The notes under the pieces: model-generated
Databases searched by the model: none
What the model was told of the DNA's origin: nothing
Seen by the model: the letters and a program-made list of their open reading frames with translations, nothing else
In this document: piece by piece, positions 60,591-64,000 of the stretch
Layout: every line of letters begins with the position of its first letter
Position numbering within the stretch: the first letter of the stretch is position 1
Program-made: the position numbers and the translations under genes
From: Leptospiraceae bacterium
GTDB lineage: Bacteria > Spirochaetota > Leptospiria > Leptospirales > Leptonemataceae
Reading direction: 5' to 3'
NCBI GenBank assembly: GCA_040217195.1
Contig: JAVJNR010000005.1
Location: 128,001-192,000, forward strand
Length of the DNA: 64,000 nucleotides

Positions 60591-61904
60591 ATGAAATCAG
60601 AAAGCGAAACAAAGGTGGATTCGAACGGTACACAGAATTCTTGTCCTACTCAGAATCCTGGACTTTCGAACAGGAAAGATGAAGTGCAGGCCACCAGGAT
60701 CCGGCCTGGTACCCGAAGATATCATCGGTTCTCCGGAGTTCTGACTCAAATTTCAGTTTTGTTGCTTACTCTGTTTGCCATAACCGTTCTTCCAAACTGT
60801 AGCCCCGAAGAAGTCAATCTTCAGGGCAGTACCATGGGAACAAGCTACAGCGTAAAGATTCGCAACCCGGAGCAGCACCTGGATACATCTACTCTCAAAG
60901 AGGAGATTGATCAGCTCCTCCATGAAACCGATTACCGCTTCTCAAGCTGGCAAAAAGAAGAACTTCATAGAATCAATAATCAACCTGTGGGACAGTCCAT
61001 ACCGATCAGCCCTGACTTCTGTGTAGTTCTATATAAATCGCAAATGGTCTGGCAAGCAAGTCAGGGAGCCTTCGATCCAACCATTGGAACATTAATCAAT
61101 TTGTGGGGATTCGGTCCCGAAAAAAGAACAGGAGAGCCCAGCGAGTCAGAAGTTCAGAAAGCATTGCTTCAATCTGGATTCGAGAAGCTGAAACTGAACT
61201 ATCCTTCGGGTCCGGTTGAATCCAAATACAACTCGGATTTGAGCCATATACGAACTCTTTACGATGAACAGTATACCGACGAGAGTAAAACCGGTACCTC
61301 GACGAAAGCCAATCCTGCCAGAACCAGTACCTGCCAACTGACCAGAACAGCCAACCTGAACCTGAATTTGAGTGCGATTGCCAAAGGACATGGAGTGGAT
61401 CGCCTGGCTGAATTCCTTCTAAAGAAAGGCATCAAAGATTTTATGGTGGAGATTGGTGGTGAGGTGAAAACCGGCCCTGGTGGCAGCTTTCGCATTGGAA
61501 TTGAAAGACCGAACTACGATGGCAGCCGCAGTCTCTATACCGTTCTGGAGTCAGCCAATAACTGCATTGCAACCAGCGGAAACTATCGCAATTTCTTTGA
61601 AAAGGATGGCCACATATACAGCCATCTTCTGGATCCTAATACAGGACGACCAGGACTCAGTCGCATCCAATCCGCTACTATTATAGGACCGGACTGTGCC
61701 ATCGCAGATGCACTGGCCACAGCTGCCATGATAGTCTCCCCGGAAAGAACTCAAAAAATCATAAAGGAAGTACAGAACCGCACAGGCCAAAACTACGATT
61801 ACCTGCTTCTGGAATCCGGGAAGCTGATTCAGGGAGACACGGAGAACTTTAAGATCCAGGAATACACCAGCGATAGATTGGCCAGCATTCGAATTGATAA
61901 ATAG
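60591..61904 (+). CDS. apbE: FAD:protein FMN transferase ApbE
   Basis: TMGT, FDPTIG, SAIAKG.GVD, EIGGE, ATSGNYRN, SHLLDP and ADALATA; start uncertain. Confidence 0.92.
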   Translation: MKSESETKVDSNGTQNSCPTQNPGLSNRKDEVQATRIRPGTRRYHRFSGVLTQISVLLLTLFAITVLPNCSPEEVNLQGSTMGTSYSVKIRNPEQHLDTSTLKEEIDQLLHETDYRFSSWQKEELHRINNQPVGQSIPISPDFCVVLYKSQMVWQASQGAFDPTIGTLINLWGFGPEKRTGEPSESEVQKALLQSGFEKLKLNYPSGPVESKYNSDLSHIRTLYDEQYTDESKTGTSTKANPARTSTCQLTRTANLNLNLSAIAKGHGVDRLAEFLLKKGIKDFMVEIGGEVKTGPGGSFRIGIERPNYDGSRSLYTVLESANNCIATSGNYRNFFEKDGHIYSHLLDPNTGRPGLSRIQSATIIGPDCAIADALATAAMIVSPERTQKIIKEVQNRTGQNYDYLLLESGKLIQGDTENFKIQEYTSDRLASIRIDK

Positions 61905-62073
61905 CCCGGATCTACCAGGAAAGCCTGGTTACTATCTGTGTTAGATGATCTGCGGCAGGGCTTTCAGCTTTTCAGCTCTGGATGATGATTTGCATAAGCC
62001 CGGGATGCTTTCGCTCGGCTGCAAAAAAAATCGAATTATCGGCAAGAGACTGCCTAGCTTAGCTTCCTGGAAA

Positions 62074-62274
62074 TCAGGAAATTCCGGCTGGCTGCTTGTG
62101 TGATGGATGGTCGGAGGTCTCACATTTACTGGCATCATTTTCACAAACTGAACAGGCTCCGCCCCCTACTCCACCACAGGAACCTTTTATTTCAGATCTG
62201 CCGAATAGAAGTCCGATGCCAATGCCAAGCATTGCTACACCCAGAATTCCAATTGTTAGAAGTACGGTGGTCAT
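62074..62274 (-). CDS. nqrM: Na+-NQR maturation factor NqrM (DUF539)
   Basis: Single TM followed by IKGSCGG and further Cys residues; next to apbE. Confidence 0.75.
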   Translation of the reverse strand: MTTVLLTIGILGVAMLGIGIGLLFGRSEIKGSCGGVGGGACSVCENDASKCETSDHPSHKQPAGIS

Positions 62275-62365
62275 ACTGATGTCAAAATAGGAACCAGGCA
62301 GAGATTTGCAAAACCCTTTTTGATTGCTTCGGTCAGTGTATCCGGGTATACGCCGCTACAGGAGG

Positions 62366-64000
62366 CTAAAAAGAGAATCCCACGGAAAATCGGCCTTCCC
62401 ATTGGCTCAAAGGAAGGCTCCGCTTGCCATCGTAGGGAGTGGCCCATTCAATCTTCATCAAAGCTCCCGGAAAAAGAAACCATAGAAAATTGCTCCAGTG
62501 AATTCCCACTCCAAACGATGCATTTAGATCCCGGGTAACACCAACGTCGCCATCGAATGCCTGAAACCGGCGATGATCGTCGAAAGCAGCACCTGCATCA
62601 AAAAAGATGGCTCCTCGTACCAGTCCCGGAGACCAGCGAAACGGGGCCCCGAAAAGCAACTGATGGATGAAGGTAAATCTGTACTCCAGATTCACCACAA
62701 AGGCATTTCTACCTTCAAATTCCAGGAACGGATAGCCTCGAATTGTATAATATCCACCCACGGAAAGTGGATAAAGCTCAGCATCCGGACCGCTGGCTCT
62801 GGCTGCCAGAGCGCGAAAAGCAAATAAAGAGAAATCATCGAATAGATGGTAGAAGCGATACTCGGCTCCGGCAATATACACATGTCTTTGATTTCCCCCG
62901 GGTCGAAAAGGTACGGAGTAACTCAACCGAAGGGCCTGGCCGTCCAGTGGACCATAGATTGAGTTCACTGTATTGTCGAACGTATACTGAAATGTGAAGC
63001 TCTGCCGATTCTGAAATATATCCTCTCTTTCCCTTTGCTCCGGGCCTTCTTGATTGAAAATCTTTTCTTCCCGGGCCACCTCAAAGCTGGCACTTAAGGC
63101 CCCGAAGCTGTGCAATGGATAGGCTATTGCTGCATAACCTCCTGTGCTCCTTTGATCGATTAATCTGAAATAGGGATTGTAGAGCAGCTGGTTTAGACTG
63201 AAATCCAGAAAGCTAAAAATGGCAAACGTTCCTCTTGAGCTGTATAAGCCAGCGTAGAAGTTGGTCCTCCATCTGGTGTAGCCGTACCGAATATCCACAT
63301 TTGTATTTACTGGATTATCTTGATAGGTTATCAATCCTTCCAGGTCATGAAAGCCAGAATCATCCGCCAGCGCAAAGTAGGCAGCACCAGCCAGACTTGT
63401 ATTTCCCCGAGCATCGCTACCGCCAGTAATAAAAAGAATTGGTGGTCTGGCCAGGGTGAGAATGGGATCGTAGGGCCGATTCAGTGACTGCAGGTCCGGC
63501 GAATTCGCATTCAGTGGTGGCAGCGAATAGTCAGAAGGCAGGAAGGTAGCCAGACTTGCATCTGTGACTGGCTTAAAGTCCTGGCCAGTTTCCGGTTCGA
63601 GCATACGCACTTCAAGTGCACCCTCTTCTAGTCGGGAAAATAGAAGCGCAAATCTTCGATCCACTCCTGCCTCGGCAAAGGGGACTTCAGTGCCTGCAGC
63701 ATTTCCAGGGACATTCCTTTTCTCATTCGCATCGTCTTCAATCGATGAACCCACATGTGCATGAAGATAGAGTATCTCCGTTGACGATGAAGTAATCCTC
63801 TGAATGCCAGCCGGGCCTGCTGTAGTTGTTCTACGGCAGGCATCGTTTAGGCGGTAAACATTTCTCACCCCTTCATGATTGGAAAGAAAATAAACAGAGC
63901 ATCCTGGTCCGCTCACTGGATGACTGATATCGCCAGAAATTTCAATTAAGGCTGTGGCCTTCATTTCCCCGCATTTACGAAATAGAGTGCGATACCCTGC
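62366..64000 (-). CDS. Omp85/BamA-TamA family outer-membrane protein, 5' truncated by the window edge
   Basis: IRGY motif, NLEYRF, FFDAG and terminal Phe (SVGFSF); PD40-like FLSNHEGVRNVY; frame stays open to 64000. Confidence 0.8.
   Translation of the reverse strand, partial: AGYRTLFRKCGEMKATALIEISGDISHPVSGPGCSVYFLSNHEGVRNVYRLNDACRRTTTAGPAGIQRITSSSTEILYLHAHVGSSIEDDANEKRNVPGNAAGTEVPFAEAGVDRRFALLFSRLEEGALEVRMLEPETGQDFKPVTDASLATFLPSDYSLPPLNANSPDLQSLNRPYDPILTLARPPILFITGGSDARGNTSLAGAAYFALADDSGFHDLEGLITYQDNPVNTNVDIRYGYTRWRTNFYAGLYSSRGTFAIFSFLDFSLNQLLYNPYFRLIDQRSTGGYAAIAYPLHSFGALSASFEVAREEKIFNQEGPEQREREDIFQNRQSFTFQYTFDNTVNSIYGPLDGQALRLSYSVPFRPGGNQRHVYIAGAEYRFYHLFDDFSLFAFRALAARASGPDAELYPLSVGGYYTIRGYPFLEFEGRNAFVVNLEYRFTFIHQLLFGAPFRWSPGLVRGAIFFDAGAAFDDHRRFQAFDGDVGVTRDLNASFGVGIHWSNFLWFLFPGALMKIEWATPYDGKRSLPLSQWEGRFSVGFSF

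Overview
This is a chromosomal window from a spirochete, most likely a Leptospiraceae member. That placement is inferred from gene content: FlaB-type flagellin, flgG-flgA-flgH-flgI-flgJ, a DUF1577-like PilZ protein and a 7TM-SpoIIE phosphatase. Most of it is core or near-core genome: cheR, panB, flagellar rod and ring genes, an orphan amino-DNA methyltransferase, ferredoxin, flaB, uvrA, an SPFH + NAD-kinase-like pair, panE, a desaturase, GGT, murJ, hisZ-purA, MarR and TetR modules with visible operators, sppA, and a complete Na+-NQR locus (nqrABCDEF, apbE, inverted nqrM). I saw no rRNA, tRNA, CRISPR array, transposase or phage gene. The signals least explained by the gene list are: (i) a non-coding array of four 101-bp units after panB; (ii) a 14-bp inverted repeat that would hide the flaB ribosome-binding site only in read-through transcripts; (iii) apparently leaderless flagellar genes with sigma-28-like promoters; (iv) a high density of the palindrome TCCGGA; and (v) the uncharacterised SPFH/NAD-kinase-like module. 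All calls come from reading motifs by eye; no searches were run.
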